Assembly (NCBI GenBank): GCA_016200965.1
Contig: JACQDT010000021.1
Span: 86 to 64,085 of the forward strand
Origin: Candidatus Azambacteria bacterium
GTDB taxonomy: Bacteria; Patescibacteriota; Minisyncoccia; GWC2-36-17; WO2-46-25
Length of the DNA: 64,000 nucleotides
Direction: 5' to 3'
In this document: piece by piece, positions 1-8,229 of the stretch
Position numbering within the stretch: the stretch's first letter is position 1
Layout of the letters: each line of letters starts with the position of its first letter
Notes under the pieces: generated by a model
What the model saw: the letters and a program-made list of their open reading frames with translations, nothing else
The model's database searches: none
What the model was told of the DNA's origin: nothing
Position numbers and translations under genes: made by a program

Positions 1-68
1 TACAAAGCGCTGGCGGGGGAGAAAATGTAAACAACGCGACCAATCCTTACAATTAAGACAATATTGAT

Positions 69-1040
69 ATGTACGATGTACTTGTGGTGGGAAGCGGCAT
101 CGCGTCCTTTTCAGCGGCGATGTTCGCGGCCAAAAAAAAGGTTACGGTGCAGGTGATTGCCGATGCAACCGGCGGTCAGGCGGCGCGGCAATGGGACATG
201 TACAGTTATCCCGGGTATTTGGGCAAAGACGGCGACCCGCGAACCAAGAGAGCGGAGCAGTCGTCATATGACGGCGCACAATTGGTGCAGAACATACGAA
301 AACAAGCCGAAGAGCTTGGCGTGGCTGTTGCGGAGGCAGAAGGCGGCATTCAAAAAATTTCTTTTCGGCAGGAGCATAATCACGAGATTTTTATATTGGA
401 AGACGCTGGGGGGAATGTGTATGAAGGAAATACGGTTATCATCGCGTCGGGGAAAAAACCGAGAAAGCTTGGTGTGCCGGGAGAAGACGAATTCATCGGA
501 AAAGGGGTTTCGTACGGAATGGAGGAAAGCGCTCAGGCATTTGAGGGAAAGTCGGTAGCCGTGGTGGGCGCGGGGAATGCTGGCCTTGACGTCGCGCTCG
601 CGCTTTCAAAATACGCCAAGAAGCTCTCTATCGTGGAAGTAGGAGATCGCGCAGGAGGCGACAAGTCAACGCAGGAAAAACTCGCGCAGAGTAAAAACGT
701 TGTATATATATTGAACGCGGCGGTGCAGAAAATTATCGGCAACGAGTGGGTTGGCGGCGTAGAATATATAAGCAAAACAACAGGAGAAACGAATCAGCTG
801 GAAGTGGATCAGGTATTCGTGACCACCGGAATGAATCCTAATTCTGATTTTCTCCGGGGATTTTGCGAGGTCAATCAGAGCGGCGAAGTGGTCATTAATC
901 CCCGCACGAATGCCACGAGCCATGTGGGAGTGTTCGCGGCGGGCGATGTAACCGATATTCCTGAAAAAGAGGCGATTATCGCGGCGGGCGAAGGCGCAAA
1001 AGCAGCCCTGCAATGCGTGAAGTGGCTTGTGGATAGGTAA
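69..1040 (+). CDS. Thioredoxin reductase-like FAD/NAD(P) oxidoreductase lacking the CxxC motif; carries an in-frame 42-bp element A
   Basis: YDVLVVGSG, VVGAGNAG and GVFAAGDVTD motifs; VSYGMEES where TrxB has VxYCxxCD. Confidence 0.85.
   Translation: MYDVLVVGSGIASFSAAMFAAKKKVTVQVIADATGGQAARQWDMYSYPGYLGKDGDPRTKRAEQSSYDGAQLVQNIRKQAEELGVAVAEAEGGIQKISFRQEHNHEIFILEDAGGNVYEGNTVIIASGKKPRKLGVPGEDEFIGKGVSYGMEESAQAFEGKSVAVVGAGNAGLDVALALSKYAKKLSIVEVGDRAGGDKSTQEKLAQSKNVVYILNAAVQKIIGNEWVGGVEYISKTTGETNQLEVDQVFVTTGMNPNSDFLRGFCEVNQSGEVVINPRTNATSHVGVFAAGDVTDIPEKEAIIAAGEGAKAALQCVKWLVDR
228..276 (+). mobile_element. Element A copy 1 (42-bp in-frame insertion)
   Basis: GACGGCG direct repeat at 228-234 and 270-276; core matches the recG and rplJ copies; encodes DPRTKRAEQSSYDG. 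Confidence 0.9.
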
Positions 1041-1062
1041 TTGGTGTATAATAAATTTATCT

Positions 1063-1989
1063 ATGATGTATGATATTGTGATCATCGGCGGCGGACCGGC
1101 CGGATGCGCTGCGGGAGTGTATGCCGCGCGTAAAAAATTGAAAGCGTTGCTTTTAACCGAAACATTCGGCGGCCAGTCCATCGTGTCGGATGATATTCAG
1201 AACTGGGTGGGCGCAAAATCCATCTCCGGTTTTGATTTGGCGAAAAATCTTGAAGAGCATGTGCGCGCGCAGGAAGGGATAGAAATTAAGGTGCCGGAAA
1301 AAGGCGCGGCGGTCAAAGAAATCAAAGGCGGGTTTGAGGTGACCTCCGATAAAGGAGCGACGTATCAAACAAAGACGGTGCTTATCGCGTCGGGCGGAAG
1401 GCGGAGAAAGCTCGGCGTGCCGGGCGAAGAAAAATTCAACGGTAAGGGTGTGGCGTATTGTTCCACGTGCGACGCGCCATTATTTAAAGGAAAGACGGTA
1501 GTAGTTGTCGGCGGGGGCAATGCGGGGCTTGAGGCGGCGGTGGATTTGTTGCCGTACGCCGCGAAGATCTATCTTTTGGAATTCGGAAGTGCATTGAAGG
1601 GTGATCCGGTCACGCAGGCAGAATTGAAAAAGTCGCCGATGGTGACGATTATCACCAACGCTCAGACAAAGGAAGTGATGGGAGACAAGTTCGTGTCCGG
1701 CTTGAAATATTCGGATCGCTCGACCAATGAAGAAAAAACGCTTGAGGTCGGCGGCATATTTGTGGAAATCGGCTCCATCCCCAATTCGGAAATGGTAAAA
1801 GGCCTGGTGGAAATGAACCCCATCGGAGAAATTCTTGTGGACCATAAGCATTCGTCCACGTCCAAAGTCGGGATATGGGCCGCGGGCGACGTAACGGACG
1901 ATCCGTACAAGCAAAATAATATTTCCGCTGGGGATGCAGTAAAGGCGACGCTTTCTATTTATAATTATCTGCTGAAAACAAAAAAATAA
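1063..1989 (+). CDS. trxB: Thioredoxin reductase
   Basis: GGGPAG, VAYCSTCD (CxxC), GGGNAG and AAGDVTD motifs. Confidence 0.92.
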   Translation: MMYDIVIIGGGPAGCAAGVYAARKKLKALLLTETFGGQSIVSDDIQNWVGAKSISGFDLAKNLEEHVRAQEGIEIKVPEKGAAVKEIKGGFEVTSDKGATYQTKTVLIASGGRRRKLGVPGEEKFNGKGVAYCSTCDAPLFKGKTVVVVGGGNAGLEAAVDLLPYAAKIYLLEFGSALKGDPVTQAELKKSPMVTIITNAQTKEVMGDKFVSGLKYSDRSTNEEKTLEVGGIFVEIGSIPNSEMVKGLVEMNPIGEILVDHKHSSTSKVGIWAAGDVTDDPYKQNNISAGDAVKATLSIYNYLLKTKK

Positions 1990-1992
1990 TTC

Positions 1993-3003
1993 ATGATTAA
2001 AGTCGCCATTAACGGATTTGGGAGAATAGGAAGGATGTTTTTTCGCGTTGCTTTCGACAATCCGGAGATAGAAATAGTCGCCGTGAACGATCTGGGCGGT
2101 GCTGAAAATCTTGCGTATCTTTTGCAATATGATTCCGTCTATCGGAAATGGGAGAAGGAGGCGCGGACCGAAGGAGGAAATCTGGTCGTGGACGGCAAAA
2201 AAATAAAATTCACGCAGGAAAAAGACCCGACGAAACTGCCGTGGGGCACGCTTGGCGTTGATGTGGTGGTGGAATCCACGGGCGTGTTTGAAACGTTTGA
2301 GAAAGCCGCGGTGCATCTTCAGGCGGGTGCGAAGCGCGTGGTGATATCGGCGCCGGCAAAAGACGAGGATGGCACCGGCAAGACGGTGCTGTTGGGTATC
2401 AACGAGGAGGAATTGAAAACATGCAAAGTGAGTTCCAACGGCTCATGCACGACGAATTCCGTGCATCCGGTGATGCATATTTTAAATGAAGCCATCGGCA
2501 TAAAAAAGGCGATGTTGACCACCATTCATTCTTATACCGCATCGCAAAAGTTAGTGGACGCTCCCGATAAAGGCGACTGGCGCAGAGGACGCGCCGCGGC
2601 GGGCAATATTGTGCCGTCCACCACAGGCGCCGCGGTGTCAGTGACGCGGGCGGTGAAAGGTCTGAAAGGGCTTTTTGACGGCATTGCCCTGCGTGTACCG
2701 ACCATTTCGGGGTCGGTGTCCGACATCACCTTCCTCGCCAAGCGCCACACGAGCGTGGCGGAAATAAACGGCGCCATGAAGGCGGCGGCGAAGGACCCCC
2801 GATGGAGCGGTATTTTTAAAACCACCACCGATGAGATTGTGTCTTCTGACATCATCGGAGAATCGCACGCCTCAATCGTTGATTTGAAATTCACGAAGGT
2901 CGTGGACGGAGACCTGGTGAAGGTGCTCGCGTGGTACGACAATGAAATGGGGTACACGCATGCGCTGGTGCGTCACGTCATTAAAGCAGGCGCGCTTATA
3001 TAA
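1993..3003 (+). CDS. gap: Type I glyceraldehyde-3-phosphate dehydrogenase
   Basis: INGFGRIGR, SCTTN active site, WYDNE. Confidence 0.97.
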   Translation: MIKVAINGFGRIGRMFFRVAFDNPEIEIVAVNDLGGAENLAYLLQYDSVYRKWEKEARTEGGNLVVDGKKIKFTQEKDPTKLPWGTLGVDVVVESTGVFETFEKAAVHLQAGAKRVVISAPAKDEDGTGKTVLLGINEEELKTCKVSSNGSCTTNSVHPVMHILNEAIGIKKAMLTTIHSYTASQKLVDAPDKGDWRRGRAAAGNIVPSTTGAAVSVTRAVKGLKGLFDGIALRVPTISGSVSDITFLAKRHTSVAEINGAMKAAAKDPRWSGIFKTTTDEIVSSDIIGESHASIVDLKFTKVVDGDLVKVLAWYDNEMGYTHALVRHVIKAGALI

Positions 3004-3004
3004 G

Positions 3005-3274
3005 ATGTTCAACGATTACAATTTCTATATTTTTATTTTGCTTTTTTTATTTGGGGTTCTTCTTTTTGCGTTCAACGGTTTTATCGCGCACCCCTACTAT
3101 ATTGATGTGCTTGCGCTGATCCTTCTTGCGGTGCCAGTAATGGGTTTTGTGTATCTTTTGAAATTTCCCAACGCAAATACAACGCCCTTTTACATCCTTT
3201 TTTCGGCCCTGTTGGGCGCGTACACGCTCATATTTATCATAGTGAGGGTGTACGATATATTCAATCGCATATGA
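3005..3274 (+). CDS. Small hypothetical membrane protein (about 3 TM helices)
   Basis: Hydrophobic ORF tightly packed between gap and rpiB. Confidence 0.65.
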   Translation: MFNDYNFYIFILLFLFGVLLFAFNGFIAHPYYIDVLALILLAVPVMGFVYLLKFPNANTTPFYILFSALLGAYTLIFIIVRVYDIFNRI

Positions 3275-3717
3275 CGATATACCTTGGTTCTGATCATGCG
3301 GGATTTAAGTTGAAAGAAAAGGTGAAGGCGGCGCTTGGGCAATGGGGTTATGAGGTTGCCGATCTCGGGGCTTTTTCGCTTGATACAAACGACGATTACC
3401 CCGATTTCATTACACCCGTGGCAAAAGCGGTGGCGCATGATTTGATAGAGGGTAAAGAATCATTCGGCGTCATTTTCGGCGGTTCGGGGCAGGGCGAGGC
3501 GATGGCGGCAAACCGCGTGGACGGTGTGCGTGCGGCCGAGTATTACGGCGGGCCGCTTGATACCGTCAAGCTTTCGCGCGAGCACAACAACGCGAATGTG
3601 CTTTCCATCGGCGCGCGGTTTGTTAAAGATCAGGAAGCGCTTGATGCCGTCAAGTTATGGCTCGGCACGCCGTTTTCAAACGACGCGCGGCATGTACGAA
3701 GGATAATGAAGTTTTAA
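3271..3717 (+). CDS. rpiB: Ribose-5-phosphate isomerase B family
   Basis: GSDHAG, DDYPD, GGSGQGE, REHNNANVL, RHVRRI. Confidence 0.95.
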   Translation: MTIYLGSDHAGFKLKEKVKAALGQWGYEVADLGAFSLDTNDDYPDFITPVAKAVAHDLIEGKESFGVIFGGSGQGEAMAANRVDGVRAAEYYGGPLDTVKLSREHNNANVLSIGARFVKDQEALDAVKLWLGTPFSNDARHVRRIMKF

Positions 3718-3719
3718 AT

Positions 3720-3983
3720 ATGCATCTGACCCCACTGGAGATAATATTAGTCATTTCAACGCTCCTGGAATTCAATCCTTTATTCCAGGCGGTGAAAAGC
3801 ATCAGGATGAAAAGCGTCAAAAACGTTTCCATTTCAACATTTCTTTCGATTCTCATCATTGGAACGTTGTGGCTCTATTATGGAATTACGATAATGAACA
3901 TTCCACTTATCATCGGTAATGCGATAAAATTATTCACCGCTTTGACCGTTGTTGTTATTTATTTCAAATATAGAAACCATTAG
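3720..3983 (+). CDS. SemiSWEET/PQ-loop family sugar transporter
   Basis: 87 aa, 3 TM; Q..KS.R.KSVKNVS, LWLYYG and PLIIGN pattern. Confidence 0.8.
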   Translation: MHLTPLEIILVISTLLEFNPLFQAVKSIRMKSVKNVSISTFLSILIIGTLWLYYGITIMNIPLIIGNAIKLFTALTVVVIYFKYRNH

Positions 3984-3985
3984 GT

Positions 3986-4735
3986 ATGTCCGAAATAATC
4001 CCTGCAATCATCGCGAAAGACAAAGAAGAATTGCAGCGCAAGCTCTCCTTGGTGGAGGGCCTTGTTTCGTGGGCGCAGATCGACGTGACCGACGGCGTAT
4101 TCACGCCGGCAACGACGTGGCCTTACGTCGACGGCGTAATTTCCAATTTCCAATTTCCAATTTCCAAACTTAATTTGGAAGTTCATCTTATGGTAAAAAA
4201 TCCTGAACATACGATTGCCAACTGGCTTGCTTCGCCCGTGAAACGCATTTTGCTTCATTACGAATCAACCGCGCCGGAGCGCATAGCGGAGTTAATCGGA
4301 AAAATTACCGCATCAGGCAAAGAAGCGGGGCTCGTTTTGAAATTAGAAACTCCTCTCTCTGTTCTTGACGATCTGTTTCACGCTTCACGCTCCCTGTTTG
4401 TCCAAGAGCGAAGCGATTGGCAACAAACAGCAGTCCAGCGAGGCCACAGGCAGAGTCGTGGCTTCACGCTTCACGTTGTACAACTCATGGGTATCGCCGA
4501 AATCGGCTACTACGGGCATGGATTTGAGCCGTACGCGCTTGACCGCATCAAGGCGTTGCGGGCAAAATATCCGGATGTTACAATAGAAGTAGATGGCGGA
4601 GTGAATCTAGAAAATGCTTCGGTGATTGCGCGGGCGGGAGCGGATAATCTTATTTCAGGAAGCGCGATTTTCAAAACTGACGACGTGAAGGGGGCGATTG
4701 ATGAGTTTAAATCTATCCTACGTTCTACTCCCTAA
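3986..4735 (+). CDS. rpe: Ribulose-phosphate 3-epimerase with two in-frame repeat insertions
   Basis: QIDVTDGVF, EVHLMV, IEVDGGVN, SGSAIF. Confidence 0.92.
   Translation: MSEIIPAIIAKDKEELQRKLSLVEGLVSWAQIDVTDGVFTPATTWPYVDGVISNFQFPISKLNLEVHLMVKNPEHTIANWLASPVKRILLHYESTAPERIAELIGKITASGKEAGLVLKLETPLSVLDDLFHASRSLFVQERSDWQQTAVQRGHRQSRGFTLHVVQLMGIAEIGYYGHGFEPYALDRIKALRAKYPDVTIEVDGGVNLENASVIARAGADNLISGSAIFKTDDVKGAIDEFKSILRSTP
4138..4167 (+). repeat. Heptamer array (AATTTCC)x4 inside rpe, encoding ISNFQFPISK
   Basis: Four perfect tandem 7-mers. Confidence 0.95.
4377..4476 (+). repeat. Heptamer array (TTCACGC)x4 split by element B
   Basis: TTCACGC x2 at 4377-4390; TTCACGC-TTCACGT at 4463-4476. Confidence 0.85.
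4389..4463 (+). mobile_element. Element B copy 1 (72-bp in-frame insertion, GCT duplication)
   Basis: Reverse complement of 14710-14781; CTGTTTGT/ACAAACAG inverted repeat; GCT at both ends. Confidence 0.88.
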
Positions 4736-4753
4736 TTTTCATTTTCTGTTTTT

Positions 4754-5650
4754 ATGCCGCACTTACACGACGAAAAAATAAAATTTTTGGAAGGGAAAGC
4801 GAACGAGATACGCCAAAGCATCATTGAGATGCTCCTTGCGGCGGGCTCGGGACATACGGCGGGACCTTTGGATATGGCGGATATTTTTACGCTGTTTTAT
4901 TTTCATATCCTGAAGCACGACCCCAAGAATCCTGCATGGCCCGAGCGCGACCGCCTTATTCTCTCAAATGGCCACATTTGCCCGGTACTCTACGCCGCGA
5001 TGGCGCATGCGGGATATTTCCCCGTTAAAGAATTAAAAACGTTGCGAAAATTCGGATCGCGTTTGCAGGGGCACCCGCACCGAGAATGGCTTCCCGCGCT
5101 TGAAACAAGTTCGGGGCCGCTTGGTTCCGGCCTGTCACAGGCAGTCGGCATGGCGCTTGCGGAGCGGATGGATCACGGCAAGGCAACGCCGAAATTTTTT
5201 TATTGCTTCATGGGAGACGGGGAACTCGACTGCGGGCAAATATGGGAGGCGGCGATGCTCGCGGGGAAAGAAAAATTGCATAACGTCATCGGCATCATTG
5301 ATCGCAACAACATCCAGATAGACGGCTTTACGGAGGACATTATGCCAATGGAGCCGCTCAAAGCAAAATGGGAGTCGTTTGGCTGGCATGTGCTTGAAAT
5401 AGACGGGCATAACTTTGAAGCTATCAACGACGCGGTGGGGCAGGCGCAGGCGGTGTTTGAAAAACCATCAGTGATTATCGCGCACACGATTCCGGGAAAG
5501 GGCGTGGACTTTACCGAACGCAGATTCGAGTGGCACGGCAATCCTCCGGGTCTCGGCCCCGAGGATGTGATAAAAAAGGGCGAGCAGGGAAAAGAAGCGC
5601 TGAACGAATTACGTACGCTGGGAGGAAAAATCAAAAGCGAGCATCAATGA
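4754..5650 (+). CDS. Transketolase, N-terminal subunit
   Basis: GSGH, DRLILSNGH, LQGHP, GDGE...DRN TPP-binding motif. Confidence 0.95.
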   Translation: MPHLHDEKIKFLEGKANEIRQSIIEMLLAAGSGHTAGPLDMADIFTLFYFHILKHDPKNPAWPERDRLILSNGHICPVLYAAMAHAGYFPVKELKTLRKFGSRLQGHPHREWLPALETSSGPLGSGLSQAVGMALAERMDHGKATPKFFYCFMGDGELDCGQIWEAAMLAGKEKLHNVIGIIDRNNIQIDGFTEDIMPMEPLKAKWESFGWHVLEIDGHNFEAINDAVGQAQAVFEKPSVIIAHTIPGKGVDFTERRFEWHGNPPGLGPEDVIKKGEQGKEALNELRTLGGKIKSEHQ

Positions 5651-5664
5651 AATTGATGCGAAGT

Positions 5665-5691
5665 CCCGTACCGAACTTGTTCTGGTGCGGG
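5665..5691. repeat. Short intergenic hairpin element
   Basis: CCCGTACC-GAAC-TT-GTTC-T-GGTGCGGG, with GCGAA at 5658-5662 and 5692-5696. Confidence 0.6.
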
Positions 5692-5697
5692 GCGAAC

Positions 5698-6225
5698 ATG
5701 AGTAATAACAACATGAGCAAAAAATACTTTATTTTAATTAGTGTAATAGTAATTTTAATCGCAGGAGCTTATTTCTACTTTCAAATTCCTAATCAACGGA
5801 TCGCTAGTGAAACGAAAAGAATTAATGATTCTATAGAAGAATCTAAGAACAATACTAAAGAACTTTTAGATAAAAATGTTAATAATCTTGTTGAAAATTT
5901 AAGACAAACGCAAGCCAATGCGAAAAGTGGAAAAAATGATCTTGCGTGGGGAATTCATCTAATTAACAAGGATTCTGAAAATTCTTTCTATGAAATCTTC
6001 TCAACTGCTTCTGATTATGCTCAGGCTAGAACGAAGGAAATGATCTCTTTGGATAAAAATGTAAAATTCTGCCGCCCCCTCCAAGAAAGCATGGATGTAG
6101 TATTTGCAAAAGGTGAGGGAACAATTAATACTGATACTTCAATTATCCTCTGTTTTAGACATGGTTATACAGACCCCAGATTAATTAATATAAATGGAAG
6201 CGGAGAAATCTCATCATTGGAATAG
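5698..6225 (+). CDS. Hypothetical membrane-anchored protein, AT-rich
   Basis: N-terminal hydrophobic helix then coiled coil; visibly lower GC than neighbours; start may be 5713. Confidence 0.7.
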   Translation: MSNNNMSKKYFILISVIVILIAGAYFYFQIPNQRIASETKRINDSIEESKNNTKELLDKNVNNLVENLRQTQANAKSGKNDLAWGIHLINKDSENSFYEIFSTASDYAQARTKEMISLDKNVKFCRPLQESMDVVFAKGEGTINTDTSIILCFRHGYTDPRLININGSGEISSLE

Positions 6226-6251
6226 GAAATTTGTACAAAATAATTTCTTCT

Positions 6252-7247
6252 ATGCCCCTCAATCCAAAGATAAAATTAAATCCAAAACTGTTTGATAAAG
6301 ACGCGGAGCAGTTGCCTATCCGCAAGGGATACGGCGATGGGTTGTTGGAAGCGGGCAAACAGGATAAAAATGTTGTTGCGCTCTGTGCCGATCTTACGGG
6401 CTCCACAATGACGAGCACGTTTTCAAAAGTATTTCCTGAACGATTCGTGCAAATGGGAATAGGAGAGCAGTCCATGGCCTCCGTCGCCTCCGGCATAGCG
6501 GCGATGGGAAAGATTCCGTTTCTCGCCTCCTACGCGATGTTCTCTCCGGGGCGCAACTGGGAACAAATCCGCACGACGATCTGCTATAACAATCAAAACG
6601 TAAAAATCGCGGGGGCGCACGCGGGAGTATCCGTCGGCCCCGACGGCGGGACTCATCAAGCGATAGAAGATATCGCTATTACGCGCGTGATTCCGCGCAT
6701 GACGGTGCTCACCCCTTGCGACGCAATCGAGGCGAAGAAGGCGACGCTTGCCGCCGCAAAGATGAAAGGGCCGGTCTATATCCGCCTCGCGCGCGAGAAG
6801 ACGCCGATTATCACCACCGAAGAAACGCCATTTGAAATCGGCAAGGCGCAATACTTTTTTATGCCGTCCGGAGCGCCGCAGGTTGGCATCATCGCCATCG
6901 GCGCGTTGGTCTACAACGCGATGGTAGCCGCGAAAGAACTCGAAGCGGAAGGTATTATGGCGACGATAGTGAATTTGGGAACCGTAAAACCAATGGACGA
7001 AAAAACTGTTATTGAACTCGCAAAAACGACAGGTGCGATTGTGACGGTGGAAGAGCATCAGATACATGGAGGCATGGGGTCGCTTGTGGCGCAGGCGTGC
7101 GCGGAGAAACAGCCGACGCCGATTGAATTCATCGGCGTGCGCGACGTATTCGGCCAGTCAGGCGAGCCGAATGAGCTTATTGAACATTACGGGATGGGCG
7201 TTTCCCATATCAAGCAAGCCGTCAAAAAAGTAATTGCACGAAAATAA
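6252..7247 (+). CDS. Transketolase, C-terminal subunit
   Basis: ADL..S, GIGEQ, GPDGGTHQAIED, VTVEEH. Confidence 0.95.
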   Translation: MPLNPKIKLNPKLFDKDAEQLPIRKGYGDGLLEAGKQDKNVVALCADLTGSTMTSTFSKVFPERFVQMGIGEQSMASVASGIAAMGKIPFLASYAMFSPGRNWEQIRTTICYNNQNVKIAGAHAGVSVGPDGGTHQAIEDIAITRVIPRMTVLTPCDAIEAKKATLAAAKMKGPVYIRLAREKTPIITTEETPFEIGKAQYFFMPSGAPQVGIIAIGALVYNAMVAAKELEAEGIMATIVNLGTVKPMDEKTVIELAKTTGAIVTVEEHQIHGGMGSLVAQACAEKQPTPIEFIGVRDVFGQSGEPNELIEHYGMGVSHIKQAVKKVIARK

Positions 7248-7248
7248 A

Positions 7249-8229
7249 ATGTACGACATCATTTCAGTCGGCGACGCCACCATTGACCATTTTTTTTTCA
7301 TCCACGATGCGTCGGTGGTATGCGACATCAATAAAGAGGACTGCAAATTGACGATCAATTACGCGGACAAACTCCCGGTAGACAAGTATCTGCGTTTTAC
7401 CGCGGGCAACGCGATGAATCACGCGATAAGCTCCTCTTTGCTCGGTTTGAAAACCGCGTTTTATACGGTCATAGGAGAGGATAGTGCCGGCAACGACATC
7501 GTGGAGCAGTTGAAAAAATACAATGTCGGTTTGGAATATATCCAAAAAGACAAAGAAAATTCAACCAATGTGTCCGGCGTTGTTTCATTCCACGGCGAGC
7601 GCACTATTTTGGTGTATCACATCGCGCGCAAGTACTGGCTTCCCATGGAAATGAAAACAAAGTGGCTGTATCTGACGTCCGCCGGACCGCAGTCCGCGGT
7701 GCCATTGCTTCACGGACAGGTGGCCTCGTATCTTGCGAAAAATCCGTCCGTGAAGTTCGCGTTCAATCCGGGCACGCACCAGATGCATCTGGGCATGGAG
7801 GCGCTGAAGCCGCTGTTTGCCCGTTCGGAAATTCTGTTTATGAACAAAGAGGAGTATGAGCGCGTGCTCGGATTTCCTGCGGGGTCCGATGTGAAGGAAC
7901 TCATGACTAACATGCGCGAATTTGGCCCCCTTATATGCGTGCTTACCGACGGTCCCAAAGGATCGTACTCGTATGATGGCATCACTTTCCGCCATTTGGA
8001 AATCTATGACAGTCCCGTGGTGGAACGTACCGGTTGCGGCGACGCGTTCGGCGCCGCGTTTACCGCCGCGCGCGTGTACGGCTTGAGCGTGGATGAAGCG
8101 ATGCGCTGGGGGACGTTCAATTCGGCCTATGTTATCCGCATTCCCGGCCCGCAAAACGGCCTGCTCAAAAAAGACGAGATGCTTTCGTTGCTGAAGGACT
8201 CCAAGGATTTCAAGCCGAGAGAAATATAA
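7249..8229 (+). CDS. PfkB family carbohydrate kinase
   Basis: AGNAMN, TDGPKG and ERTGCGDAF PfkB signature. Confidence 0.9.
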   Translation: MYDIISVGDATIDHFFFIHDASVVCDINKEDCKLTINYADKLPVDKYLRFTAGNAMNHAISSSLLGLKTAFYTVIGEDSAGNDIVEQLKKYNVGLEYIQKDKENSTNVSGVVSFHGERTILVYHIARKYWLPMEMKTKWLYLTSAGPQSAVPLLHGQVASYLAKNPSVKFAFNPGTHQMHLGMEALKPLFARSEILFMNKEEYERVLGFPAGSDVKELMTNMREFGPLICVLTDGPKGSYSYDGITFRHLEIYDSPVVERTGCGDAFGAAFTAARVYGLSVDEAMRWGTFNSAYVIRIPGPQNGLLKKDEMLSLLKDSKDFKPREI

